Below, one piece after another: positions 1 through 8,786 of a stretch of DNA of 64,000 bases (its first letter is position 1; each line of letters opens with the position of its first letter). Below the pieces are notes generated by a model. That model ran no database searches. It had not been told where the DNA came from and saw only the letters and a program-made list of their open reading frames with translations. The DNA is from Polyangiaceae bacterium (GTDB lineage: Bacteria > Desulfobacterota > Binatia > UTPRO1). Location of the stretch: the NCBI GenBank assembly GCA_031400185.1, contig JANNPN010000182.1:5895-69894 (forward strand). The letters are read 5' to 3'. The position numbers and the translations under genes are program-made.

Positions 1-615
1 CTCGTGAACGAGCTCGCATTGATGTCGGCGAAGCTCGGGATCAACGTCTGGGAGGTGATCGACGCGGCGGCGACCAAGCCGTTCGGCTTCATGCCGTTCT
101 ACCCGGGCCCCGGGCTCGGCGGCCACTGCATTCCAATCGACCCGTTCTACCTCGGCTGGAAGGCCAAGATGAACGGCTTCGAGCCGCGCTTCATCGAGCT
201 TGCCGGACAGATCAACGAGTCGATGCCGAAGTTCGTCGTCGACAAGGTGACCGACGCGCTCAACGACGACGCCAAGTCGGTGCGGAACGCACGGATTCAC
301 GTGCTCGGCGTCGCCTACAAGCGGGACGTGAACGACGTCCGTGAATCGCCCGCGCTGCACGTCATCAAGATGCTCCTCGACAAGGGCGCCAAGGTCACTT
401 ACAGCGACCCGTTCGCGCCGGCGATCCGCGAAGAGGGGATGGAAATGAAGGAGACGCCGGTGCGCGAGGCCCTCGAGGCCGGCACCGACTGCGTGGTGCT
501 CCTGACCGACCACAGCTGCTTCAACTACCAGGAGATCGTCCACCTGGCCCCGATGATCGTCGACACGCGGAACGCACTCCGCGACTTCATCGGCGGAAAC
601 ATCATCCGACTGTAG
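1..615 (+). CDS. nucleotide-sugar dehydrogenase (UDP-glucose/GDP-mannose dehydrogenase family), C-terminal part; 5' end outside window
   Basis: The frame is open from position 1. The motif GGHCIPIDPFYL and the C-terminal UDP-binding domain are typical of UDP-sugar 6-dehydrogenases (WecC/Cap5O-like). The next gene is tightly coupled. Confidence 0.8.
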   Translation, partial: LVNELALMSAKLGINVWEVIDAAATKPFGFMPFYPGPGLGGHCIPIDPFYLGWKAKMNGFEPRFIELAGQINESMPKFVVDKVTDALNDDAKSVRNARIHVLGVAYKRDVNDVRESPALHVIKMLLDKGAKVTYSDPFAPAIREEGMEMKETPVREALEAGTDCVVLLTDHSCFNYQEIVHLAPMIVDTRNALRDFIGGNIIRL

Positions 616-622
616 GTCCGTC

Positions 623-1831
623 GTGGCCGCCATTCCCAGCGCCTGGCCGATCGCGGGGGGGCACGTCGCGGTCGCCCTCGTCATCGGCACCCTCGGACGC
701 GCGGGTGCGGTGCGCCACGTGCTCGATCTCGTGCGTGCGTTCGGCACCGGGCGGCACCGAGTGCGGGTCTACGCGCTTGCGGGAGCATCCGAGCCGGCGG
801 TGGCGCGGCTCCGCGCGCTCGACGTTCCGGTCACCGTGCTGCCGCGACGCTACCCCTACGAGCCCGCGCGGATCGTCGCGCTCGCGCGGGCGTTCAAGCG
901 CGACGGCATCGACGTCGTGCACGCGATCCTTCCGGCGGGCGCCGCGTACGGGGCGCTCGCGGCCCGCCTCGCCGGCGTTCCGACGGTCGTCGTCGCGAGC
1001 CGTGCCGGCGACGCGCGGGAGCAGCGCAGCGTGCGGCCGCTCCTGCATCGCATCTACCGGCATGCGGCCGCGGTCCTGGCCAACACGTGGGCGCAGGCGC
1101 GGCGCCTCGCGGCGGACGCCGACCTTCCACTCGAGCGCGTGCAGGTCGTCTACGATGGGGTCGACCTCGCGCGTCATCCCGCCCCGCGCATGCTGGATGG
1201 CCTCCGCGAGCGCGTGTGGCATCGGCCGCTCGTGATCGGCGGCGCCGGGTCGCGTGAAACGGGGCGCGCGCTCTTCTTCGCGACCGCCGAGCGCATCGTT
1301 GTGCGGCACCCTGATGCCCATTTCGTGTGGCTCCAGGAGGAGGTGGAGGGTGCCGTTCCGTCGGACGGCGCACGGTATGCGGTCCCCGCCGGGGTCTCGA
1401 TGACCTTCGTCCCACTCGGGGACGACCCGGATCCGGTGCTGCATCAGCTGGCGATGCTGTGTGTCACCGGCGACGCGGAGGATCCGGCCGTCGACGTGAT
1501 CCCGGCGGCGATGGCGGCCGGGCGGCCAATCGTGGCGCTCGAGGCACCCGGCGTCGACGAGGTCGTGACGCACGGGACGACCGGGGTGGTCGTCACGCGC
1601 AGCGAGCCGGCGGCGCTCGCGGATGCGGCGCTGGCGCTCCTCGAGGATCGGCCACGCCTTCGGGGCGTCGGTCATGCGGCGCGGTCGCATGCCGAGCGCG
1701 CGCTCGGCGCCGACGCCATGGCCCGTGCCACGGCGGCCGTCTACGAGGACGCGCTGCTCGGCCGCACCACCCCCGTGGAGCCCTCCGGGGTGCGGGCGGC
1801 CGCAGGCGTCGGGGAAGAGCTGCGGCGCTGA
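623..1831 (+). CDS. glycosyltransferase family 4 (GT4, group 1)
   Basis: 402-aa ORF with GT4 architecture: N-terminal Rossmann half, then a C-terminal EX7E-like region (VTGDAEDPAVDVIPAAMAAGRPIVALEAPG). High GC3. An internal GTG near 663 is an alternative start. Confidence 0.8.
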   Translation: MAAIPSAWPIAGGHVAVALVIGTLGRAGAVRHVLDLVRAFGTGRHRVRVYALAGASEPAVARLRALDVPVTVLPRRYPYEPARIVALARAFKRDGIDVVHAILPAGAAYGALAARLAGVPTVVVASRAGDAREQRSVRPLLHRIYRHAAAVLANTWAQARRLAADADLPLERVQVVYDGVDLARHPAPRMLDGLRERVWHRPLVIGGAGSRETGRALFFATAERIVVRHPDAHFVWLQEEVEGAVPSDGARYAVPAGVSMTFVPLGDDPDPVLHQLAMLCVTGDAEDPAVDVIPAAMAAGRPIVALEAPGVDEVVTHGTTGVVVTRSEPAALADAALALLEDRPRLRGVGHAARSHAERALGADAMARATAAVYEDALLGRTTPVEPSGVRAAAGVGEELRR

Positions 1832-1955
1832 GGGGAGGGGGCCTTGCGCGCCTCCTCCGGACGATGGCAAGGGTACCCGCCGCCGCGTGCGGGCCCGAGA
1901 AACTCGCGCGGGCCTGCGTGCCTGCCGCGTCACAACGGAGGATCGAAACGAACCG

Positions 1956-2219
1956 ATGAGCGACAACGCGATGAGACGGCGGCTGCTCAAGGAGTACCGC
2001 CAGGCGAACGACGCCAACAAGGACGTACCGTTTCTGCACACCCGCCAACACCTCACGGAGCGTCTGGGGGAGAGCTATGAGACCCTCGCTCCGCACGTGC
2101 AGTGGCTTGAGCAGAACCGCTACCTGCACTGGAAGGCCGCGGACGTGTTCAAGATCTCGCCGAAGGGCCTGCGCGCCACGCACGCGGACGCGGACTTGTT
2201 GGTGGAGTTCCCGGATTGA
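1956..2219 (+). CDS. hypothetical small protein (87 aa)
   Basis: ATG at 1956 is preceded by GGAGG about 14 nt upstream. Codon bias is coding-like. The stop TGA overlaps the TTG start of the downstream gene. No family recognised. Confidence 0.45.
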   Translation: MSDNAMRRRLLKEYRQANDANKDVPFLHTRQHLTERLGESYETLAPHVQWLEQNRYLHWKAADVFKISPKGLRATHADADLLVEFPD

Positions 2220-4105
2220 GCTCGGCCGAGTCGGCGACGGACGGAGTGCTCGGACGGTCGCTCGCGGGCGGGGCGTTGGCGGGGGCGGTCGTCGGCCTCG
2301 GCGAGGCGGTGATCGTCATTGCGGAGCGCCATCTCGGGATCGACCCGGGACTGCTGTTCTTCGCGTTCCTTGTCTATGGCGGTATCGGCGCGCTGATCGG
2401 CCTCGGGATCGGGATCGCACTTCGCGTGCTGGTGCGCGCGTCGGCGGCGACGGGCTTTGCCCTCGGCGGTGCGGTCGTCCTCGCCGTCCTGGTGACGATC
2501 ATCGGGCGGTTCCGCGTCTTCCGTGACGTCTTCAACGAGACGTTCGACGGTGCCCCGATCTCGCCCTTCATGTTCCAGATCGCGACGGTGGCCGCGGCAA
2601 TCGCCGTCTTCGCGCTCGCCTTCGCGCTCTGGCGGGCGCTGGCGCGGTGGGCTCCGGTCCTCGCCTCCCCGCTGGTGGTGCTGGGGGCGCTCGTGGCGGT
2701 GGTGATCGTCTGCCGCGCCGGCATGGCAATGAGCTCCGGCCCCGTTCCGGTGTCGTCGCCGCTTCAGGAGGCGGTTGCGCCCGCGAAGGGGCCGAACGTG
2801 ATTCTCATCGCGGTCGATACGCTCCGCGCCGATCACCTGTCGTGCTACGGCTCCAAGAACAAGACGCCGACGATCGACGGCCTCGCGGCCGAAGGGACCC
2901 GCTTCGCGCACGCGTTCGCACAGGCCTCGTGGACGCGGCCGTCGTTCGCGACCATCTTCACGTCGCTCTATCCGTCCTCGCACCGCGCGATCCACAAGGC
3001 CGACGCGCTGCCCGACGCGGTCGTGACGCTCGCCGAGGTCATGCAGGGCGCCGGCTATGCGACGGTGGGGTTCGCGAACAACATCAACGTGGCGCCGCTC
3101 TTCGGCTTTCAGCAGGGCTTCGACCAGTACCTCTTCCTCGAGCCCGAGTTCTTCTTCGGCGCGACGGAGTCGGCGGCGCAGCTCACGATCTACAACCAGC
3201 TGCGTCTCATCCGTGAGCGCTTCCTCTCCAAGAAGAAGTGGGTCGAGAATTACTACCAGCCCGCCGACGTCGTCTCGAAGCACGGGCTCGACTGGCTCGC
3301 CCGTCGCGACCAGCAGCGGCCGTACTTCATGTTCCTCCACTACATGGAGCCGCACGATCCGTACTTCGTGCACCCCTACAACGGCGAGGCCTACGCCCGC
3401 GTCGCGAATCCGAACCCCGACCCGTCGCTCGCGGACAAGTACCGCGAGCTCTACGACGGCGCGATTCGTTTCCTCGACGAGGAGCTCGCGAAGCTCTTCG
3501 CCGAGCTGAAGGCGAAGGGGCTGTACGACAACACGCTGATCCTGCTTACCGCCGACCACGGCGAGGAGTTCTACGAGCACGGCGGCTGGTGGCACGGCAC
3601 GACGCTCTACGACGAGCAGCTGAGGGTGCCGCTGATCGTGAAGCCGCCGCAGGGCGGCAGTCAGGGCGTCGTCAGCGAGGCGCTGGTCTCGAGCCTCGAC
3701 ATCGCGCCCACGATCCTCACGGCGGTCGGGATCCCGGTCCCGCAGACGATGATCGGGAAGCCGCTCGGGCTCGCCCCCGGAGCCCCCGGGCCGCGCGACC
3801 ACGTGTTCGCCGAGAGCGAGCTCGAGGGCAATGCGCTCCAGGCCTACCGGAGCGGGGCCATGAAGGTGATCCACGCGAATCCAGGCAACCCGCGCCGTCT
3901 GCCGGAGCACCAGCTCTTCGACATCGCGAGCGACCGTGGTGAGCAGAAGGACCTGATCTCCACCCAGGCCGAGACCGCCAACAAGCTCACCGCCGACATG
4001 GACGCGCTCCAGAGTCACGCCGAGGCGATCGCCGTCGAGTCGACGGGCACGTCGATCGACGCGGCCAGCGAAGAGCGCCTGCGCGCGCTCGGATACGTCC
4101 ACTGA
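2216..4105 (+). CDS. membrane-anchored sulfatase-family (alkaline phosphatase superfamily) protein, LtaS/OpgB-like phospho-alcohol transferase candidate
   Basis: About 5 N-terminal TM helices are followed by a sulfatase-fold domain (VDTLRADHLSCYGSKNKTPTIDGLAAEGTRF). The segment TRPSFATIFTSLYPSSH aligns to the CxPSRASLLTGRYPxxH sulfatase motif, but with Thr at the nucleophile position and Phe instead of Arg. Start is TTG at 2216 or GTG at 2246. Confidence 0.8.
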   Translation: MSSAESATDGVLGRSLAGGALAGAVVGLGEAVIVIAERHLGIDPGLLFFAFLVYGGIGALIGLGIGIALRVLVRASAATGFALGGAVVLAVLVTIIGRFRVFRDVFNETFDGAPISPFMFQIATVAAAIAVFALAFALWRALARWAPVLASPLVVLGALVAVVIVCRAGMAMSSGPVPVSSPLQEAVAPAKGPNVILIAVDTLRADHLSCYGSKNKTPTIDGLAAEGTRFAHAFAQASWTRPSFATIFTSLYPSSHRAIHKADALPDAVVTLAEVMQGAGYATVGFANNINVAPLFGFQQGFDQYLFLEPEFFFGATESAAQLTIYNQLRLIRERFLSKKKWVENYYQPADVVSKHGLDWLARRDQQRPYFMFLHYMEPHDPYFVHPYNGEAYARVANPNPDPSLADKYRELYDGAIRFLDEELAKLFAELKAKGLYDNTLILLTADHGEEFYEHGGWWHGTTLYDEQLRVPLIVKPPQGGSQGVVSEALVSSLDIAPTILTAVGIPVPQTMIGKPLGLAPGAPGPRDHVFAESELEGNALQAYRSGAMKVIHANPGNPRRLPEHQLFDIASDRGEQKDLISTQAETANKLTADMDALQSHAEAIAVESTGTSIDAASEERLRALGYVH

Positions 4106-4112
4106 CGAGCCC

Positions 4113-5792
4113 GTGATCGCGATCCTCGGCCTCGACGGGGCGACGTGGGACCTCGCCGAGCCGTTCATCGAGGCCGGCGACATGCCGACGCTCGCGGCGC
4201 TGCGGAAGCGCGGCGCGCACGGCGTCCTCCGGTCGACCGTTCCCCCGGTGACGTTTCCCGCATGGTCGTCGTTCATGACCGGGACGAATCCGGGGAAGCA
4301 CGGCATCTTCGATTTCACCCGTCGGATGCCGGGGACGTACGAGGTCGCGTTCGTCGGTAGCCGCGACCGCCGCGTGCCGACGATGTGGAAGCTTCTTTCC
4401 GATGCCGGCCGGCGCGTAGCCGTGATCGGCGTTCCGACCACGTACCCGCCCGAGCCCGTGAACGGCATCATGGTCGGCGGCTTCGACAGCCCGGTGGCGA
4501 CCGGCATCGACGGCTCGTTCGTGCACCCGCGGACGTTCTACGACGAGATGACGCGGGCGGTCGGCCCGTACTCGATCACCGACTTCCAGGAGCTGACGAT
4601 CGGCCCGGACTGGCACGCCGACGCGCTCCCAAAAATTCTCGCGGCCGTCGACCGCAAGCGCGACCTCGCGTGCTACGTGCTCCGGCGCGAGCCCTGGGAC
4701 TGCTTCATGCTGCTCTTCGGCGAGGCGGACACCGCGAGCCATCACTTCTGGATGTTCGCCGATCCGCGTTCGCCGCGCTTCGACCCCGCCCGCGCACCAC
4801 GGTTCGGCGGCGCGCTGCGCGATGTCTACCGGCGCCTCGATGCGGCGCTCGGCGCGATCCTCGCCGAGCTGCCCCCGGACGCGACGGTGCTCGTCGCCTC
4901 TGATCACGGCTTCGGCGGCGCCGGGACCACGGTGCTGCACCTGAACCGCTGGCTCGCGGAGCACGGGTGGCTCGCGTTTCGCGCCGGGCGTCGCGAGCTC
5001 GGCGCCAAGGCGGCCCGCGGCGTGCGGCGCGCCGCGCTCGCGTTCCTGCCGCGCGGCATCCAAGAGCGGCTCGTGCGGAGGGGCGGGCGGGCGCTCGCAC
5101 GCCGGCTCGAGAGCTGGTCGCGCTTCGGTGCGATCGACATGGCGCAGACGCACGCGTTTTCGGAGGAGCTCAACTATGCCCCGAGCATCTGGCTGAACGT
5201 TCGCGGGCGCGATCCCGAGGGCGTCGTGGCGCCGGGTGCCGCGTACGACGCGCTCGTCGAGCAGATCCGCCAGGCGCTCCTCGCGTGGCGCCATCCCGCG
5301 AACGGCGTGCCGATCGTCGCGCGCGTCCACCGCCGCGACGAGATCTACGACGGCCCGTTGGTCGCCGGCGCCCCCGATCTCGTCCTCGAGCTTGCGCTCG
5401 AGGACGGCTACTCGTTCCCGTGTCTCCCGACGACACCCGCGGAAGCGCGGAGCATCCGACGTCTCGCCGCGCACGAGCACGTGGCGGGGAAGGGCGGCGG
5501 CATGAACGGCAGCCATCGGCCCGAGGGACTCTGGGTGCTGAGCGGTCCGACCGTGACGCCGACCGCTGCGACCGAGGCCGCGATCGTCGACGTCGCGCCT
5601 TCGGTGCTGCACCTCGCGGGGATGCCCGTGCCGGCGTGGATGGACGGTCACCTCCTTCCCGGCATCGCCGGCGCGGCTACCGTCGCGAACGAGGCGCTGG
5701 AGCTCGGCGCCGAGGCGATCGACCAGGATCACGAGGGCGAGCTCCGCCGACGCCTGCACGCTCTCGGATACCTGAGCGAGCCCGCCGCATGA
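4113..5792 (+). CDS. type I phosphodiesterase / nucleotide pyrophosphatase family protein (alkaline phosphatase superfamily)
   Basis: N-terminal ILGLDGATWDL...PTLAALRKRG...FPAWSSFMTGTNPGKHG matches NPP/PF01663-like metal-site motifs. 559 aa. Confidence 0.8.
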   Translation: MIAILGLDGATWDLAEPFIEAGDMPTLAALRKRGAHGVLRSTVPPVTFPAWSSFMTGTNPGKHGIFDFTRRMPGTYEVAFVGSRDRRVPTMWKLLSDAGRRVAVIGVPTTYPPEPVNGIMVGGFDSPVATGIDGSFVHPRTFYDEMTRAVGPYSITDFQELTIGPDWHADALPKILAAVDRKRDLACYVLRREPWDCFMLLFGEADTASHHFWMFADPRSPRFDPARAPRFGGALRDVYRRLDAALGAILAELPPDATVLVASDHGFGGAGTTVLHLNRWLAEHGWLAFRAGRRELGAKAARGVRRAALAFLPRGIQERLVRRGGRALARRLESWSRFGAIDMAQTHAFSEELNYAPSIWLNVRGRDPEGVVAPGAAYDALVEQIRQALLAWRHPANGVPIVARVHRRDEIYDGPLVAGAPDLVLELALEDGYSFPCLPTTPAEARSIRRLAAHEHVAGKGGGMNGSHRPEGLWVLSGPTVTPTAATEAAIVDVAPSVLHLAGMPVPAWMDGHLLPGIAGAATVANEALELGAEAIDQDHEGELRRRLHALGYLSEPAA

Positions 5793-7048
5793 TGCCCGCG
5801 CTCGCCGCCGTCGAGCGGCGCTATCGCGTGGCGATCGTCGCCGCGTGTCCGTTCCCGGCGTTGCAGGGCTCGCAGCTCCTGATCCGGCGGCTCGCCGAGG
5901 GTCTCCGCGACCGCGGTCACGACCCGGTGGTCGTGACGTACGCCGAGGGCCTCGAGCCCGCGCTCGCGAGCACCGCGGTCCGGCGCATCCCGCGCATTCC
6001 CGGGGTCCGCGCGCTCGGCTCGGGGCCGCGCGTCGCAAAGCTGGTGCTCGACGCAGCCCTGCTGCTCCGCCTCCTCACGGTGCTCCGCCGCGAGTCGATC
6101 GAGGTGATGCACGCGCACAACTACGAGGCGGCGCTGGTCGGACTCGCGGCTCGACGTCTCACGGGCGTGCCGCTCATCTACCACAGCCACAACGCGCTCG
6201 CGGAGGAGCTGCCGACGTACTTCCGAGGCCGTACCGCGCGCCGACTGGCACGCGCCGCCGGCGCGCTCGCCGATCGCGAGGTGCCGCGTCGCGCCGACCA
6301 CTGCATCGCGATCTGTCGCGAGCTCGTCGGGTTTCTGAGAGCGCGCGGTGTGGGCGAGGAAGCGATCGAGATGATCGCGCCGGGGGGCTCGCCCGAGGAG
6401 TTCCCGACCTGCTCGACGGCGGACGTCGCGACGATCCGCGCGCGCTTCGGCTTCGGCGAGCGGCCGCTGCTCCTCTACACCGGGAACCTCGACGGCTATC
6501 AGAACCTCGAGCTGCTGCTCGCGAGCATCGGTGTCGTCCGCCGCACGATCGGCGACGCGCTGCTCGTGCTCGCGACCCACGCGACCCCGCGGCACCTGCC
6601 GCGCCACCTCCGAGGGCTGCCGCCGGGCGTGCGGCTGGTCACCGCCGGCGACTTTGCGACCGTGCGTGACCTCATCCAGGTTGCCGATCTCGCGCTCTGT
6701 CCGCGCCGCGAATGGTCCGGGTTCCCGATGAAGCTCCTCAACTACATGGCGGCGGCGAAGGCCGTCGTCGTGTCCGCCGGGTCCGCGAAAGCGGTGCGCC
6801 ACGGCGTGAACGGCATGGTCGTCGACGCCGACGGCCCCGAGGCGTTCGCTGCTGCGATCGTCACGCTGCTCGCCGACCCGGCCCGCCGGCGCAAGCTCGG
6901 CGCCGCGGCACGCCGCACCGTCGAGGACGAGTACGGCTGGGCGCGCGTCATCGACCAGGTCGAGGCGACGTATGCGACGGTGCTGCAACGACGCGCCGTC
7001 GGGGTCGTTGCCGCCCCCGCGCACCCGCTCGGGATCCTCGAAGCCTGA
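5789..7048 (+). CDS. glycosyltransferase family 4 (GT4)
   Basis: ATG at 5789 overlaps the upstream stop (ATGA). GT4 motifs are present (HAHNYEAALVG; C-terminal E..E region). 420 aa. Confidence 0.8.
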   Translation: MMPALAAVERRYRVAIVAACPFPALQGSQLLIRRLAEGLRDRGHDPVVVTYAEGLEPALASTAVRRIPRIPGVRALGSGPRVAKLVLDAALLLRLLTVLRRESIEVMHAHNYEAALVGLAARRLTGVPLIYHSHNALAEELPTYFRGRTARRLARAAGALADREVPRRADHCIAICRELVGFLRARGVGEEAIEMIAPGGSPEEFPTCSTADVATIRARFGFGERPLLLYTGNLDGYQNLELLLASIGVVRRTIGDALLVLATHATPRHLPRHLRGLPPGVRLVTAGDFATVRDLIQVADLALCPRREWSGFPMKLLNYMAAAKAVVVSAGSAKAVRHGVNGMVVDADGPEAFAAAIVTLLADPARRRKLGAAARRTVEDEYGWARVIDQVEATYATVLQRRAVGVVAAPAHPLGILEA

Positions 7049-7080
7049 ACCGCCAATTCATCGAAGGAGTACAGAACCGC

Positions 7081-8106
7081 ATGTCGCTACCAACGATCGG
7101 CATCACCATGGGGGACGCCGCCGGCATCAGCCCCGAGATCCTCGTCAAGTCCCTCGCCGACCCGAAGATCCGCGAGTACTGCGAGCCCGTCGTCCTCGGA
7201 GACGTGCGCGTGCTCGCGGCCGCCGCCAAGGAGGCGAAGCTCGACCTCGCGTTCCGTGCCGTCGAACGGCCCTCGGCGTGGCGGGGGGACGGCACGTCGG
7301 TCGCCGTCGTCGACTACGGCGACGTCGACCCCGCGACGGTCACGATCGGCGTGGTCGATCCCGCGCTCGGCGCGGCCGCCGTGCGGTACACCCGCGAGGC
7401 GGCACGCTATGCGCTCTCGGGCGAGATCGATGGCATCGTGTCGGCGCCGCTCAACAAGGAGTCGATGCGCGCCGCCGGCTTCCACTACGAGGGCGCAACC
7501 GAGATCTTCGCAGAGGAAGCGGGCGTCAAGCGCTACGCGATGGTGCTGCTGCTCGGCGAGATGCGCCTGCTCTTGCTCACCAACCACATGTCGCTGCGCG
7601 AGGCATGTGACAAAGTGACGAAGGCCCGCGTCCACGAGAAGATCCTGCTGGCGCACGAGGCGCTGATCGCGCAAGGCATCGCCGCTCCGCGGATCGCGTG
7701 CTCGGCCCTCAATCCGCACGCGGGGGAGGGTGGGCTCTTCGGACGCGAGGAGATCGAGGAGATCGAGCCTGCGATCGCCGCGGCGAAGGCCGCAGGCGTG
7801 AACGCGATCGGCCCCGTCCCAGCGGATACGGTCTTCTACAAGACCAAGCAGGGCATGTACGATCTCACGATCGCGCTCTACCACGACCAGGGTCTCGGAG
7901 CGGTCAAGCTCCTCGGGTTCGGCGACGTGGTGACGCTGCTCATCGGGCTGCCGTTCATCCGCACCTCGACCGGGCACGGCACCGCCTTCGACATCGCCGG
8001 CAAGGGCATCGCCAACCACAAGAACCTGCTCGAGGCCATCCGGACCGCGGCCGAGCTCGGCGCGCAGCGGCGTGCCGGCGCCGGACCGGCCGCGAAGAGC
8101 GCCTGA
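7081..8106 (+). CDS. PdxA-family NAD-dependent dehydrogenase (4-hydroxythreonine-4-phosphate dehydrogenase-like; PdxA2-type)
   Basis: MSLPTIGITMGDAAGISPEIL...HDQGLGAVKLLGFGDVVTLLIGLPFIRTSTGHGTAFDIAGKG is a PdxA signature. A DUF1537 kinase lies two genes downstream, which suggests a PdxA2/OtnK-type pairing. Confidence 0.8.
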   Translation: MSLPTIGITMGDAAGISPEILVKSLADPKIREYCEPVVLGDVRVLAAAAKEAKLDLAFRAVERPSAWRGDGTSVAVVDYGDVDPATVTIGVVDPALGAAAVRYTREAARYALSGEIDGIVSAPLNKESMRAAGFHYEGATEIFAEEAGVKRYAMVLLLGEMRLLLLTNHMSLREACDKVTKARVHEKILLAHEALIAQGIAAPRIACSALNPHAGEGGLFGREEIEEIEPAIAAAKAAGVNAIGPVPADTVFYKTKQGMYDLTIALYHDQGLGAVKLLGFGDVVTLLIGLPFIRTSTGHGTAFDIAGKGIANHKNLLEAIRTAAELGAQRRAGAGPAAKSA

Positions 8107-8135
8107 AGCGCGGCCGCGAGAAAGGACCCCCGAAC

Positions 8136-8786
8136 GTGTCATCCCCCGGAGAGACCGAGCCGCAGCGCGTGTGGGACATCTCGGTGCCGAACCGGCCGGA
8201 CATGCACTTCTATCCGGGCGACCCGATGCTGGAGCAAACGCAGATCCGCGCCATCAAGCGCGGTGACGCGGCGAATCTCACGCATCTTTCCCTCGGCGCC
8301 CACACCGGCACGCACGTCGACGCTCCGGCGCACTTCATCGACGGCGCCCCGACGCTCGAGCGGATCGGGCTCGACCGCATGGTGGGCCCGGCGCGGGTGC
8401 TCGACCTTCGCGGGCTCGCCGCGATCGACGCGAATGCGCTCCGCGGCCACGAGATCCAGCGTGGCGACATCGTCCTCTTCCTCACCGACAACTCGGAGCG
8501 CTGGGCGAAGCCGGGCTTCCAGCAGGACTTCACCTACGTGACGCGCGACGCGGCCGAGTACCTCGTGGAGCGCGGGGTGAAGACGATCGGCATGGACTAT
8601 CTTTCGATCGAACAGTTCGGGAGCAAGACGTTCGAGGTCCACAAGCTCCTGCTCGGCGCGGGAATCCTCATCGTCGAGGGGCTCGACCTCCGTGGGATCG
8701 CCGCGGGTCCGTACATGTTCACATGCCTGCCGCTGAAGCTCGAGGGCGTCGACGGGGCGCCGGCCCGTGCGGTGCTGATGCGGTGA
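8136..8786 (+). CDS. cyclase-family protein (kynurenine formamidase-like metal-dependent hydrolase)
   Basis: GTG start 10 nt after AAAGGA. The motif HxGTHxDAPxH (LGAHTGTHVDAPAHF) is typical of the PF04199 putative cyclase family. 216 aa. Confidence 0.75.
   Translation: MSSPGETEPQRVWDISVPNRPDMHFYPGDPMLEQTQIRAIKRGDAANLTHLSLGAHTGTHVDAPAHFIDGAPTLERIGLDRMVGPARVLDLRGLAAIDANALRGHEIQRGDIVLFLTDNSERWAKPGFQQDFTYVTRDAAEYLVERGVKTIGMDYLSIEQFGSKTFEVHKLLLGAGILIVEGLDLRGIAAGPYMFTCLPLKLEGVDGAPARAVLMR

Noticed and set aside
602-2056. 484-aa minus-strand ORF overlapping the GT4 gene
   Set aside because: The product is extremely Arg/Gly/Pro-rich and low in complexity. It is the typical antisense shadow of a high-GC coding region. 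The sense-strand gene has clear GT4 motifs.
2120-4507. 795-aa minus-strand ORF antisense to the sulfatase-like gene
   Set aside because: It has an Arg/Asp/Glu-rich repetitive composition and no recognisable domains. It mirrors a well-supported plus-strand gene.
4113-5792. PglZ-like alkaline-phosphatase domain suggesting a BREX defence system
   Set aside because: The protein matches the short NPP or type-I phosphodiesterase family, at 559 aa, not the longer PglZ. No PglX methyltransferase, BrxC ATPase, BrxL or other defence genes are nearby.
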